From Pseudomonadota bacterium (GTDB lineage Bacteria; Bdellovibrionota_C; UBA2361; OMII01): a stretch of DNA of 64,000 nucleotides. The notes beneath the pieces were generated by a model, which was not told the origin of the DNA, did no database searches, and worked only from the letters and a program-made list of their open reading frames with translations. The stretch covers positions 5,573-69,572 of the forward strand of contig JAYPVM010000004.1 in assembly GCA_038134595.1 (NCBI GenBank), read 5' to 3'. Both the position numbers and the translations under genes were made by a program. Shown here piece by piece: positions 8,487 to 18,889 of this stretch; position 1 is the stretch's first letter; the number at the start of each line of letters is the position of its first letter.

Positions 8487-11400
8487 ATGAGAAACGAACT
8501 TTGTGGCGTTACGCCAGATCTTAACTGTAGGATTGGAAACTGTGTTGAATATGCCAAGACAAGGCTCGCTCGAGCACGGGGCAAGCTCTGGGCTTCAACG
8601 CTTGTTGTGGCAGCGCTTCTGCTAGGCATGCCTAACGCGCAAGCTTCATCTGGCCAGCTCGCTGCTCCGACAAACACTCCAACGAGGACACCAACTCCAA
8701 CGAGAACTCCAACGAGGACACCAACGCCAACCTATACGCCAACCGATACCCCGGCGAATACGCCAACCTATACGCCAACCTATACGCCAACCAATACCCC
8801 AGTCGATACCCCGGCTAATACTCCAACGAGAACCCCAACAGAGACGCCAACCAATACCCCAGTCGATACCCCGGCTAATACTCCAACGAGAACCCCAACA
8901 GAGACGCCAACCAATACTCCAGTCGATACCCCGGCTAATACGCCGACTTCGACTCCCGTGCCTGAATGTTCAAATGGCCTAGATGACGATGGAGACGGTG
9001 CTGTAGACATGAATGATGTAGGTTGTAGCTCCACAGACGATGTCAATGAGGGTGACGGAACTGCACAGTGTGGTAATGGAGCAGATGACGATGGAGACGG
9101 TCTAACAGATTTTCCAAATGACCCCGGATGCGTTTCTCGAACTGATCGGACTGAAAATGACGCCACCGTTGACAATCAGTGCTTGAACGGACTTGATGAT
9201 GATAGAGATGGTTTCGTTGATTTACTCGATCCAGGTTGTTCCGATGGAAACAACGATCGTGAATCTGATGCTACTTCCACCTGCCAAGACCACCAAGATA
9301 ACGACGGAGATGGTTTGGTTGATGCTAATGACCCTGGATGTTCTTCTCTCCAAGATGATTCCGAGGAGGATGGTACGTCTCAGTGTCAGGATGATATAGA
9401 TAATGATGGCGATGGAAAAACAGATTTTGCTGAGGATGGAAGCGGCGACAGCGGTTGTACGTCACCACAGGATCATTACGAGGACGATTCTATTCCAATG
9501 CGTCAGTGTATGGATAATGTCGATAATGACCGCGATGCCCGAGTTGACTTAAACGATCCTGGTTGTCTCGATCGGTTCGATGACTCAGAAGATAGTGCGA
9601 CATCTGAATGTAATGATACTCGCGATAATGATGGTGATGGACTCGTTGATCTAAATGATCCAGGCTGTACAAATCTTTATGATTTAGTCGAATCCGATGG
9701 AACATCACAGTGTCAAAACAGAAGAGATGATGACGATGATGGATTAATCGATGGTCAGGACCCTGGGTGTTCGGGTGGTGCTCAGGACCACTTCGAGGAA
9801 GATGGCAGGCCTGACGGAGAGTGTTACGATAATATTGATAACGACGGTGACGAAGCTGTTGATAAGAATGACCCTGGATGTAGGCTCTTTGAATCATACA
9901 TGAGAAGTGAAGGCGGAGCGGCTCCTGAATGTAACGATGGATCTGACAATGACGGAGACGGACTCATCGACCTAAACGACGAGGGATGTTCGTCGCGAGT
10001 AGATAATTCAGAGGACAACGCGACCTCAGAGTGCCAAAATGACAGAGATGATGACGGAGATGTCGTTATAGACCATCCTGACGACTCTGGGTGTACGTCG
10101 CCTCAGGATCATTTTGAAGATAACACAATCGAAGACACTCAGTGTTCTGATAATGTGGATAACGATGGTGACGGCACAGTGGATCTCAACGATCCTGGTT
10201 GTGCGTCGCTTCAGGACACTGATGAGAGTGATGTTGCTCCAGAGTGTCAAGATGGAGAAGATAATGATGATGATGATCTCATTGACCTAGACGATGAGGG
10301 TTGTACATCTTTACAAGATGATAGTGAAGATACGGACACCTCGGAGTGTCAGAATGGGCGAGACGACGATGGCGATGGCAGGATAGATTTTCCGGATGAT
10401 ATTGGATGTACCTCGCCTCAGGATCATTATGAAAATAACGCAATTCAAGAGCGTCAGTGCGGAAATACCATCGATGATGATGGAGATGGGGTGATAGATT
10501 TAAGGGATCCTGGCTGTACCTCGCGAGACGACGATGATGAATCGGCAGCCACCACGGCATGTCAGGATGGTAGCGACAACGATGGAGACGGTCTCGTTGA
10601 TTTAGACGACGAAGGCTGTTCATCACCGACGGACCGAGATGAAAGTGATGGTACATCGGCTTGTCAGAATGGACAAGATGATGATGGTAACGGTGCCATA
10701 GACCATCCAGCTGATTCAGGATGCTCCTCTCCTCAGGATCACTTTGAGGATGGTGCAGTTGATCCGCAGTGTGCAAATCGAGTTGATGATGATGGTGATG
10801 AGCTCATAGACATGCAAGATCCAGGGTGTGAGTCTTTAAGTGATACAACCGAGGATAGCGACAATCCAACGCCGACACCAACGCATACTCCTACGGCAAA
10901 CCCTACTAGTGGAGTAAATCCACCAGAGGCGAGTCCAACACCGAGTCTCGTGTCAGTTCGTCCGATTGCTGATAACGCGATCGCTGGAGAGGTTCTACTG
11001 GCCGACCAAGGGGTTCCGAACGTTCGAGTAATTGTTCCTGAGTTGGGTGAGATTGCGCTCACTAATAAGGATGGACTGTACTCGATACCGGCTCCTGGCT
11101 CAGATGAGGTATCGTTCACACTAAAAGTTCGCTCACTTCTGTTAGCAAATGGCGGATACGATATACCTGCTAGGTCTGGAACGTTTGTTTCAATAAAGCC
11201 GCAGGAGGTAGGTTCATATAGAGTCTACGATTGCAGTGAGCGGAACAAGTTAGCGGAGCTATTTAGCTTGGGTAGACTAGCGGCAAGATTAGCGAGAACG
11301 GCAAAACGTGACCAGTTAAAGCTTGTTAGCGCCCGCCAGAACGAGTCAAATGGACGATCTTTAAGGCGAGTTAACTATAGTACGGCTGTGTTTCTTGATG

Positions 11401-11669
11401 TCATTGCCGCTCTACCGGAGAAGATGCTGACATGCCCAGAGACTCAGCAGAACTGCTCTGCGGTTAGTCTCCAGGCCGCTCTTAGACAGTTGCGAGGCTC
11501 TGCCAGGCAGTTGCGTCTAGAGAGCTTGTATCTAAATCGTTTGCTTCGGGAAAACAACAGTCGAAGCAGTGGTAAATCTATGAGGCGTTCGAAAATGATT
11601 CAGAAAAAAGCCACGCGTCTAGAGACGCTTATTAGAAAACTCGGCAAGCGCACCTATGTATGTCAATAA
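8487..11669 (+). CDS. Large secreted protein with PT linker and 18 Cys-flanked DxDxDG Ca-binding-type repeats
   Basis: Hydrophobic signal ending AQA; TPT repeats; CxxGxDxDxDGxxDxxDPGC x18; basic C-terminal domain. Confidence 0.9.
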   Translation: MRNELCGVTPDLNCRIGNCVEYAKTRLARARGKLWASTLVVAALLLGMPNAQASSGQLAAPTNTPTRTPTPTRTPTRTPTPTYTPTDTPANTPTYTPTYTPTNTPVDTPANTPTRTPTETPTNTPVDTPANTPTRTPTETPTNTPVDTPANTPTSTPVPECSNGLDDDGDGAVDMNDVGCSSTDDVNEGDGTAQCGNGADDDGDGLTDFPNDPGCVSRTDRTENDATVDNQCLNGLDDDRDGFVDLLDPGCSDGNNDRESDATSTCQDHQDNDGDGLVDANDPGCSSLQDDSEEDGTSQCQDDIDNDGDGKTDFAEDGSGDSGCTSPQDHYEDDSIPMRQCMDNVDNDRDARVDLNDPGCLDRFDDSEDSATSECNDTRDNDGDGLVDLNDPGCTNLYDLVESDGTSQCQNRRDDDDDGLIDGQDPGCSGGAQDHFEEDGRPDGECYDNIDNDGDEAVDKNDPGCRLFESYMRSEGGAAPECNDGSDNDGDGLIDLNDEGCSSRVDNSEDNATSECQNDRDDDGDVVIDHPDDSGCTSPQDHFEDNTIEDTQCSDNVDNDGDGTVDLNDPGCASLQDTDESDVAPECQDGEDNDDDDLIDLDDEGCTSLQDDSEDTDTSECQNGRDDDGDGRIDFPDDIGCTSPQDHYENNAIQERQCGNTIDDDGDGVIDLRDPGCTSRDDDDESAATTACQDGSDNDGDGLVDLDDEGCSSPTDRDESDGTSACQNGQDDDGNGAIDHPADSGCSSPQDHFEDGAVDPQCANRVDDDGDELIDMQDPGCESLSDTTEDSDNPTPTPTHTPTANPTSGVNPPEASPTPSLVSVRPIADNAIAGEVLLADQGVPNVRVIVPELGEIALTNKDGLYSIPAPGSDEVSFTLKVRSLLLANGGYDIPARSGTFVSIKPQEVGSYRVYDCSERNKLAELFSLGRLAARLARTAKRDQLKLVSARQNESNGRSLRRVNYSTAVFLDVIAALPEKMLTCPETQQNCSAVSLQAALRQLRGSARQLRLESLYLNRLLRENNSRSSGKSMRRSKMIQKKATRLETLIRKLGKRTYVCQ
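8783..8945 (+). repeat. 60-bp tandem repeat within the PT linker
   Basis: [20 protein letters not shown] unit nearly identical at DNA level, ~2.7 copies. Confidence 0.85.
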
Positions 11670-11684
11670 AAGGTAGCACTTCTT

Positions 11685-11710
11685 TGGGTCCCCTTGGTGT
11701 TGGGGACCCA
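11685..11710. terminator. Hairpin terminator, probably bidirectional
   Basis: TGGGTCCCC-N8-GGGGACCCA between a + stop (11669) and a - stop (11782). Confidence 0.65.
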
Positions 11711-11781
11711 TTATCGATTTAAACCGACATTCTCAGAATCTATCGCGAGGAGTCCCTTAGGATTTTTAACTACGATAGCGC

Positions 11782-11835
11782 TTACTCAAATACAATAAGC
11801 CCATCTTTAACGAGCATTTTGAGGATCTCTATACA
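11782..11835 (-). pseudogene. roxA: Displaced 3' end of roxA
   Basis: Encodes CIEILKMLVKDGLIVFE* versus CIELLRNLLKEGLIVFE* at 19297-19350; 42/54 nt identical. Confidence 0.85.
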
Positions 11836-13061
11836 GGAGGAGGTGCTTGGAAGTCTGGAATCCCTTCAAGCCTTCATGATGTCTTTAATTGAGTGCTCGT
11901 CTTGGATGAATGCGATGATGCGCATCTCAAGCTTTGCACATGGGGCACTCCAAGGGGTCTATCTCATAGATGCGCTTTATGCACGCGGCCCAACTACTCC
12001 TACGACTCCTACGGAACTCTCTTCGATAATCACTCTCCGTTTCTTCAGCTGGAGGAGGGGAGAGCTTAGCGCGTTCGCCTCTGCGCCTGCAGGAGTAGCG
12101 ACCGTAGTATCTGGTGATTGACTCGTAGGTTTTCGGGATATGAACTGAGAGCGCTGCTAAAAACTCCAGTGTGTCAAACTCATGAGCGGCGCCGTCTTTA
12201 GTGGTATAGGTAACGATATCGTCTTGGATTGCGAGCTTCTCCAGGGATAGGGGAGCGCGCTCGATGTAGCGAGCGACGAACTGCTCACTCTCTTTGTCGT
12301 GGAAGGGGTCCCCTAGCCAGACGCCGAAGCCAGTGTGATCCTGAGAGAGAATCTGTGCCACATCATCGTCGGTGATAAGCTCTTGCTTGTGGAGGTGCGC
12401 GAGTACCCGTTCAGCGAAGGCTTGTTCGATCGCTTTGAGGTCTACCTCCCCGAACCTGGTGAAGACGCCGTCCTTCCAGTACCCGTCGGCGAGGAGTCCG
12501 TGTAAGTGCGGGTGGTAATTTAGGGCTTCCCCAGCAGTTTGCACGGTGAAGATAGCGGCTAGTTCGCGCTCATCGATACCCAACACATGAGAGAGCGCCC
12601 CCCAAGCGGCACGAAAGAGGATAGTATTGAGCTTTCGGTCGTACTTGAAAAACACCCTTATACGTTTTGGGATAGTAAAGGTGGTGTGGCGATGGGGAAT
12701 GTTTTCGATGACCTCACTGTAAATGTGTTCTGCGAACTTCACTGCTCTCTTCGCCCCGCAAGAGGGACATACCCCCCGGCGTTTACAGGAGAACGCGATA
12801 AGAAGCGAGTGCTTGCAGCCGTCGCAGTATACCCGAGCGGCACCGTGAGCGAGGATTCCGCAGTTAAGGTACTCGTCGAAGGTTTTTAGCACCTCGTCGC
12901 GTAAGCACCCATACTGATGCTGGAACCGTGCCTCCCACTGGAATTGTAGGTCATCCCGAGAGTGGTAGACGATCTGGTAGAGGGAAGAGGTTTCTGGGGA
13001 GCGTCTCCTGTAGTGTTGGAGCCTCTCCTTTGCCTTCTCCCAGGAGTAGCGCCTTCAGCAT
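11836..13061 (-). mobile_element. IS91-family (HUH/Y2 rolling-circle) transposase pseudogene
   Basis: Zn-binding CDGC/FSCKRRGVCPSC, HUH motif HPHLH, TRYYGRYS, CPMC; start ATG 13061 out of frame by one base; frameshift at CKA*/EMRIIAFI; 3' end truncated. Confidence 0.88.
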
Positions 13062-13441
13062 GCAGGCTGGTTCGGGGAGGTGAGGCTAGGAGTTGTGTTG
13101 GAGTTGTGGAGGATTGCGGAAAGGGATTCAGGTGAGGTTTCAGGGAGGGCTATGCGGGCGCGGTCAGTAGGAATGTATGTGCGTGATGCGGCTCCGGATT
13201 CGCCGGGAGAAGAGCGGCTTGCTCCGGGATAGGATGGCACTCGAGCGGAGCGCCTTGGCGTGTCCGCTCATACCGAATGCCTCAAATCTTGCATTTAGAA
13301 CTTCGCTTGACTCACCTGGGCGGAACAAGTACCGGGCACCTCTCACCGTTTGGCTACCAACGAAAAAGCGGTTGATCTTCTCAGCATTAGATGGTGCACT
13401 GTCTTCACAATTCTCAGTGTCCAATTGATTTGTCAGCGCTT

Positions 13442-14023
13442 ATGAAACATTTAAGGTTCCTACTGAAGCTAGTTGCACTGTTGGTTCTACTACCTGTGCT
13501 AACTTTGGCGGCGGATACACCTTCAAAAACCTTCTACTCCCTTCGTGCTACTAGCTTAGACGGAAAGGTAGTTCAGTTCGAGGATTTGCGAGGAAAAGTT
13601 GTATTAGTTTCAAACATAGCCCTACGTTGTGGAACAACACCTCAGCTTGGAGCGCTCCAAAAGCTTTATGAGACCTATGCGAAAGAGGGGCTCGTTGTTT
13701 TGGGTTTCCCGTCTAATGATTTCACTGGTGAGGACCTTAGTTCGACTACAACGATTAGGAACACCTGTAGTAACAGATTTGGCGTGAGCTTCCCGATTTT
13801 TAAACCTGGTTCGGTAACGGGCGAACGCACTCAACCCGTCTTTGCCTTTCTTACGGAAAGCGGTAGCGATGAGATTAAAGGTCCCGTAAGCTTCAATTTT
13901 GAAAAGTTTTTAATTGACCGCTCTGGAATGCTTAGAAACCGATTCGGTCCCTTTACGGGCGCACAAAGTCAAGTAGTAGAGAGCAATGTGAGAGAACTCT
14001 TAAGAGAGGAAGTGGATAAATGA
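13442..14023 (+). CDS. Glutathione peroxidase family protein with signal peptide
   Basis: GKVVLVSNIALRCGTTPQ, GFPSNDF, FNFEKFLIDR. Confidence 0.9.
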   Translation: MKHLRFLLKLVALLVLLPVLTLAADTPSKTFYSLRATSLDGKVVQFEDLRGKVVLVSNIALRCGTTPQLGALQKLYETYAKEGLVVLGFPSNDFTGEDLSSTTTIRNTCSNRFGVSFPIFKPGSVTGERTQPVFAFLTESGSDEIKGPVSFNFEKFLIDRSGMLRNRFGPFTGAQSQVVESNVRELLREEVDK

Positions 14024-14805
14024 CCAAAAGCCCCGCTTCACGATCAAATCCCATCCTGATTAGCTGCTTGGTTCTTTTGACTCAGTCGCTTGTATCATGC
14101 AGTTTACTTAAGGCAAGACCAGCAGCTGACACTAGATTTGTTCCAAAACCAGAGGTGCTAAGTGAACAACGTGATAGAGCACCTTTTAATGGCTACTGGG
14201 TATTTGATCCACAAAAGTACTACAAACTCCGCAGCGAATACGCCGCTGTTTATATAAGCCCAGTAAACACAGATGTAGTACGAATGATGTATACTAGTGC
14301 AGAAGGTAGCGAAAAGACCAAACTGGAAAGAATTCAAGAGGCAGAGGAACTTGCCAGATATTTTCAAGCAAAGCTTAAATTACAGATTGAAGGCTTAAAT
14401 CAAGCCTCTCAAACAGAACTGATTCACATCGCTGATAAACCAGGAGAGGCGACCCTATCGGTAAACTTAGCCTTAGTTCAAGTGGTTCCCACAAAACCTG
14501 AAGTAAACTTTATTGGAACCGCACTAGGATTTTTTATCCCAGGTGGCGGTCTAGTTAAGATTGCAGGCGAAGGGAGTATAGCGATGGAGGGTTTTGTTTC
14601 TGAGGAGAGCGTCGATATTGTTTACGAACAGTACAAAGATCGCGAGGGACAGAAGGCCTCCGCGTTTAGTTTAAAGGACTACCAACGATATGCCCACATA
14701 CGAGAAGTTATCGATGATTGGGCAACTCAGATCGCCCAGCTTCTTGTAACGTCCCCCGCGGTAACAGTAGAAGACTCTTGGGTTATTTCATTAAGTCCAA
14801 TTTGA
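14020..14805 (+). CDS. DUF3313-like lipoprotein
   Basis: Lipobox VSC; YAAVYISPV, GSIAMEG, IDDWA; ATGA overlap with GPx. Confidence 0.65.
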   Translation: MTKSPASRSNPILISCLVLLTQSLVSCSLLKARPAADTRFVPKPEVLSEQRDRAPFNGYWVFDPQKYYKLRSEYAAVYISPVNTDVVRMMYTSAEGSEKTKLERIQEAEELARYFQAKLKLQIEGLNQASQTELIHIADKPGEATLSVNLALVQVVPTKPEVNFIGTALGFFIPGGGLVKIAGEGSIAMEGFVSEESVDIVYEQYKDREGQKASAFSLKDYQRYAHIREVIDDWATQIAQLLVTSPAVTVEDSWVISLSPI

Positions 14806-14844
14806 TCATCGCTCATGTATCAGTCTTCGCTATTCGGACTAGAC

Positions 14845-15060
14845 GAGCGCGAACTAGCCGCTATCTTCCCCTACACGACTACAACCACGTCAGACCCCTC
14901 AGGTCACTGGGAGGAGTCTCGCCGAGCTACAGAGGCGAACAGATAACCCACGAGGTGACGAGCCCAGATTTTTCTATCTGATGGGTGTCCAAAGAAAGGG
15001 GTAAGGTCAGGGGTTCAGGAAACTCTAATCAGGGTTGGTACTAACTGAGGGGGCAGATCA
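14845..15060 (+). mobile_element. Mosaic IS scar: IS91 transposase sliver, IS3-family C-terminus and two IS3-like right ends
   Basis: 24-bp exact inverted copy of 12548-12571; DYNHVRPLRSLGGVSP; ends GGGGTAAGGTCA (15009) and GGGGGCAGATCA (15060). Confidence 0.7.
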
Positions 15061-15141
15061 GGTGTATCTTCAACACAAGTAGATTTCTTCTCAGCCTCAA
15101 ACTCTTTTACCCATGGTTTCGCCTGAGATCGATTAGCTTGA

Positions 15142-15546
15142 GCAACACATGCCCAAAATACTGGTCATAAGACTCCAATAGTGCTTTACTCAGGACTGGT
15201 TGAAGCAGACTCAATTGATTGGCCACTCCACGGCACACAACAGGCGTATTTAAACGCACCCTTTAGCCACTATGCCCCTTATATAGCAGCCCACCTAATC
15301 TCAAGCCGCCCCAGTAATTTCGATAAAAACTTTGTTGCAAAGCATGACGAACTACTTTTTGTTACCTACCGCATCCGCAGGCCCAACCTGTATGAAGATA
15401 GAGACGGAGATGACAACTTCGTACACACGTATTTATTGGATTGGTTCTTAAAGTCAGGATTTACGCAACAGACAGAACTTACCCTTGATGAAGGTAACGC
15501 TAAAACGCCAACAGTATTAGCTTATTTACTGACACGCGATAACTAG
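15142..15546 (+). pseudogene. C-terminal fragment of an unknown gene (possibly a membrane glycosyltransferase tail)
   Basis: Open frame without good start or SD right after the IS scar; PIVLYSGLVEAD. Confidence 0.4.
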
Positions 15547-15661
15547 TTTTAACTACTACCGTTTTCTGCGAAACAAAGCGATTGTCAGCCCAACTAGGCT
15601 ATGCCAGAATCGTATCTGGCTATTAGCCACTGTGACAATATGTTGTACCTTTTTTTTCGGT

Positions 15662-15790
15662 TCAGCATCTAACGATGTTGATGCGGGGTTACTGGCTCAA
15701 CATCTGGCGATGTTGATGCGGGGTTACTGGCTCAACATCTGGCGATGTTGATGCGGGGTTACTGGCTCAACATCTGGCGATGTTGATGCG
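15662..15790. repeat. 35-bp tandem repeat carrying four TCAACATC-N4-GATGTTGA palindromes
   Basis: Palindromes at 15662 (degenerate), 15697, 15732, 15767 with identical 15-bp linker TGCGGGGTTACTGGC. Confidence 0.95.
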
Positions 15791-15820
15791 ATTACTTTAA
15801 CTTTGCTGAGTGAGATAGGC

Positions 15821-16573
15821 ATGAAAATATTTTTGAGAAACTTTAAACTAAACCCCTTGAGTAAGCTTCTACCTGGTTTGGCCCTCGGTCTTGTAATTCT
15901 ATCTGGAAGCGTGCTTGCCCGTTCAGCATTCGCTGCTGACCACTTAGACGGAGCAGTGGCAAGTGCCGATCCAGCAGCTGATATCACCGACGTGTATGCC
16001 TGGATGCAAAATCAGAATCAGATAAATTTAGTTCTAAACGTCTTTCCACTTGCAAGCTCAAGCTCCAAGTTTTCTGATTCAGTGCAGTATGTCTTTCGGG
16101 TGAATAGCCAGAGCGCCTATGGGCAAGTTGAACAAGAAAACCTATTAATTTGTACCTTTTCAGCCGAGCAGACCGTAAGCTGTGAGTTAAATGACAATGC
16201 TTTGGTGACTGACGTAGATGCCTCTTCCACCAGTGGACAACTATCATCCGATGGAAACTTTAGAATCTATGCCGGTTTGAGAAACGATCCATTCTTTTTC
16301 GATTTAACCAATTTTAATATCGTGCGCACCACGGTTCGGGATGCGGCTGCCAGCCTTGAATTTGACGAAGCTGGCTGCCCCACGGTTGATTCAGCCACTC
16401 AAGGTGTTTTAGTAAGTGCTCTAACCGGAAGTGGCGGCTTGAATGGAGCCAACTCACCACCAGCAGATTTCTTTGGCAGCTTAAATGTCTTGTCAATTGT
16501 TGTGCAGGCCGATAAGTCGCTTTTTGGAGCGGGTCCACTATATTCCGTATCAGCTAGTACTCATCGCAGATAG
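15821..16573 (+). CDS. DUF4331-family secreted protein
   Basis: Signal peptide; ADHLDG, DITDVYAW, AGLRNDPFFFDL, DFFGSLNVLSIVV. Confidence 0.85.
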   Translation: MKIFLRNFKLNPLSKLLPGLALGLVILSGSVLARSAFAADHLDGAVASADPAADITDVYAWMQNQNQINLVLNVFPLASSSSKFSDSVQYVFRVNSQSAYGQVEQENLLICTFSAEQTVSCELNDNALVTDVDASSTSGQLSSDGNFRIYAGLRNDPFFFDLTNFNIVRTTVRDAAASLEFDEAGCPTVDSATQGVLVSALTGSGGLNGANSPPADFFGSLNVLSIVVQADKSLFGAGPLYSVSASTHRR

Positions 16574-16609
16574 AACAGCTTATTTATAAATTTGAACAGG
16601 AGATTTACA

Positions 16610-17224
16610 GTGAAAACTAAACTAGCACTTGTATTAATTTTCGGCTTGGCCGCTTGCGGTGATAGCAATTCAAAACTAGGTAGCCAAATTGACGTTATGG
16701 GTCGTGCTGCTGTGAACACTGCCTTGATTTCGAGTTTTAGCGACGATCTAGCGCGTGGATCGGCAGAAGATAGCTTTAATACTACTGATAATTCAGACCG
16801 CGGTAGTTTTAAAAGTACGATCGCAGGACAACTTGCGATCTATGATTCACTAGTTGGAGGTTGTGGTGACAATGGTCTTACTAACCGCGCCTCTACCGAT
16901 CCAGCTGATGGACTTGCCACTGGACCTGATCGCTACAGCTTACTAGCTACCGTGCTAGCCGATGACCAGCTGTACGTAAACGGTAGCTCAGCAGGTGCTG
17001 AATCAGGACTTTGCAATCAGTACTTATCGGCCGAGCTTGGGGTTGTAGGCGTAACTGGCCTGGAGGCAGATTGTGGCGGACGAACCTTGAATTACGACGT
17101 AATTCAAACCACCTATTCAGCTGTCGCAGCTGGCGCTGCCACCGGTGTTGACGATGGGATTGCTTCTGATTCAGTTACACATTCAGATACTACCTTCCCA
17201 TTTTTAGCGGCGGCGGTCGATTAA
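16610..17224 (+). CDS. DUF4331-family lipoprotein
   Basis: SD AGGAG, GTG start, lipobox AAC; QIDVMGRAAVNTAL, GGRTLNYDVI, TFPFLA. Confidence 0.8.
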   Translation: MKTKLALVLIFGLAACGDSNSKLGSQIDVMGRAAVNTALISSFSDDLARGSAEDSFNTTDNSDRGSFKSTIAGQLAIYDSLVGGCGDNGLTNRASTDPADGLATGPDRYSLLATVLADDQLYVNGSSAGAESGLCNQYLSAELGVVGVTGLEADCGGRTLNYDVIQTTYSAVAAGAATGVDDGIASDSVTHSDTTFPFLAAAVD

Positions 17225-17229
17225 TATCA

Positions 17230-17260
17230 CGTACGGGCGGGCATAAGACCCGCCCGTACG
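17230..17260. other. Perfect 12-bp REP-like hairpin inside the operon
   Basis: CGTACGGGCGGG-N7-CCCGCCCGTACG, no U-tract. Confidence 0.7.
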
Positions 17261-17282
17261 GGCTACGGAATATCTTCAACTA

Positions 17283-18503
17283 ATGCCTCTATCTCAAACG
17301 CAAATCGCCGCGAAATCTGCTTTGGTCAAACTCGTCTTACCATTAGCCCTTGTTGCTATGGCATGGCTAACATTGCAACGCTATACACCGATTAGATCCT
17401 TTTCCAAGCCATCGACTCCTCGCTTTACCAACCCGACAATTGCAATTGATAATTTAAACAGCCAAATATTATCCTTAGAAAAATTACTGGCGAAGCAGCC
17501 TGAAAATTTTTCATACAAACAACAGCTATTTGACCGTTTAAAAATGCGCACCAGCTTTTTAGGTAAGCTCGATGACTTATGGCGTATCCAAGAAATTGCC
17601 AATAGTCTTGGAAGCTCTGCTCCTGAATTGATTTTGTTGGCCCGCTACCAGCTAAGCATACATGCCTTTGCAAGTGCCCGTGAAATTCTAGACAAGGCGC
17701 TAGGGCTTGCACCAAAGGAGGCTTCAGTTACCAAGCAAAAAGGTTACCTGGCTTTAGCGACATCTCGAGATTTTGAGGCCATCAATAGTGAGCTGCGGAA
17801 GATATCAAGCCACATCTCTATTTTCGAACAAACCCTAATGCAAGCCGAACTAGCTAGTAATCAAGGAGAGTTTTTGAAGGCCGATCATAATTTACAGGCC
17901 GCCATTGATGACTATGGCGACTCCTCGCCTTTTCCAATAGCGCAGTTGTATTTTCAGCGTGGCCTCTTATGGGCAGAAAAAGCGCAGGACCCAGCATTGG
18001 CAATGCGTTATTACTCCCGCGCGGTTGAAATTTTACCCCAGTACGCAGTAGCTCAAGTGCACTTAGCTGAACTTGAGGCTCAAGCAGGCATGCTAAGTAA
18101 CGCAATTGAAAGACTTAAGCCTCTAGCCGACGTATATGACCCCGAGCCCGCGGCTGTGCTGGGGGAATTGCTTATCTCTGACGGCAATGCAATTGAAGGG
18201 CAAGCCTATATAACCAAAGCTAGCGAACGCTACGCTGTATTACTGCGCGATTTTCCCCTGGCCTTTGCTGACCATGGCTCAGAGTTTTACATTGGCGCTG
18301 GAGCCAGGCCTGGCAAAGGACTGGAACTTGCCCTAATTAACCTAGAAAATCGCCCAACCGAACGGGCCTACAGCATTGCTATTGAGGCTGCTATAGCTGC
18401 CAAAGACGATGCCAAACTCTGTAAATTGGTGTTGGCGGCTAGAGCTCTAAATCCAGTTTTTGTAGGGTTACAGCAGCAGCTCGAAGAGCATCCCTGTAAA
18501 TAA
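17283..18503 (+). CDS. Membrane-anchored TPR protein
   Basis: N-terminal TM; TPR helices AMRYYSRAVEILPQYAVAQVHLAELE. Confidence 0.85.
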   Translation: MPLSQTQIAAKSALVKLVLPLALVAMAWLTLQRYTPIRSFSKPSTPRFTNPTIAIDNLNSQILSLEKLLAKQPENFSYKQQLFDRLKMRTSFLGKLDDLWRIQEIANSLGSSAPELILLARYQLSIHAFASAREILDKALGLAPKEASVTKQKGYLALATSRDFEAINSELRKISSHISIFEQTLMQAELASNQGEFLKADHNLQAAIDDYGDSSPFPIAQLYFQRGLLWAEKAQDPALAMRYYSRAVEILPQYAVAQVHLAELEAQAGMLSNAIERLKPLADVYDPEPAAVLGELLISDGNAIEGQAYITKASERYAVLLRDFPLAFADHGSEFYIGAGARPGKGLELALINLENRPTERAYSIAIEAAIAAKDDAKLCKLVLAARALNPVFVGLQQQLEEHPCK

Positions 18504-18724
18504 AAAAAGGACAGTGGAATTAACAGGTTATACCAATCTCAGCTGTCGGCAGGTGTGTACCTTAATTGCTCGTTTCTCTTTTGGTTGTGTTATCTCCGGT
18601 CCATCCTATTCGGAGGGTGTTTCTCCGGAGAAGTATAAAGGTTATGTGACTCTTAAAAAATGTGTTGCATATAAGGCGCAAAAAAAATTGTGGCTGTTTG
18701 TAGGGCGGGGCTTGGCCCATAGGG

Positions 18725-18868
18725 TTGATTGGTGAGTCACAAATACCGCTTAGGATCTTTAGAGCAATCCTAGTCCTGGTCTTAGTCTTAGTCTTGGCCC
18801 TGATCCTAGTCCAAAGCAATATTTTTCACTGGGCTAGAACCAGAGCTAGGACTCTTAATCACCAATCA
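18725..18868. repeat. Hexamer-repeat-rich long hairpin
   Basis: TGATTGGTGA...TCACCAATCA closing; inner TAGTCC/TAGTCT-type hexamers pair with GGCTAGAACCAGAGCTAGGA. Confidence 0.6.
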
Positions 18869-18889
18869 GTCCTGGGGCTTGGCCCCCTA

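Noticed and set aside
8780..11119. Antisense ORFs within the large repeat gene
   Set aside because: Expected by-product of biased Asp/Gly/Thr/Pro codons
13164..13428. Small ORFs upstream of the transposase as an IS91 helper or integrase
   Set aside because: No recognisable motifs on either strand
15662..15790. CRISPR array
   Set aside because: Linkers are identical and only 15 bp; no cas genes in the window
15724..15987. - strand 87-aa ORF through the repeat
   Set aside because: Antisense to DUF4331 with no protein-like features
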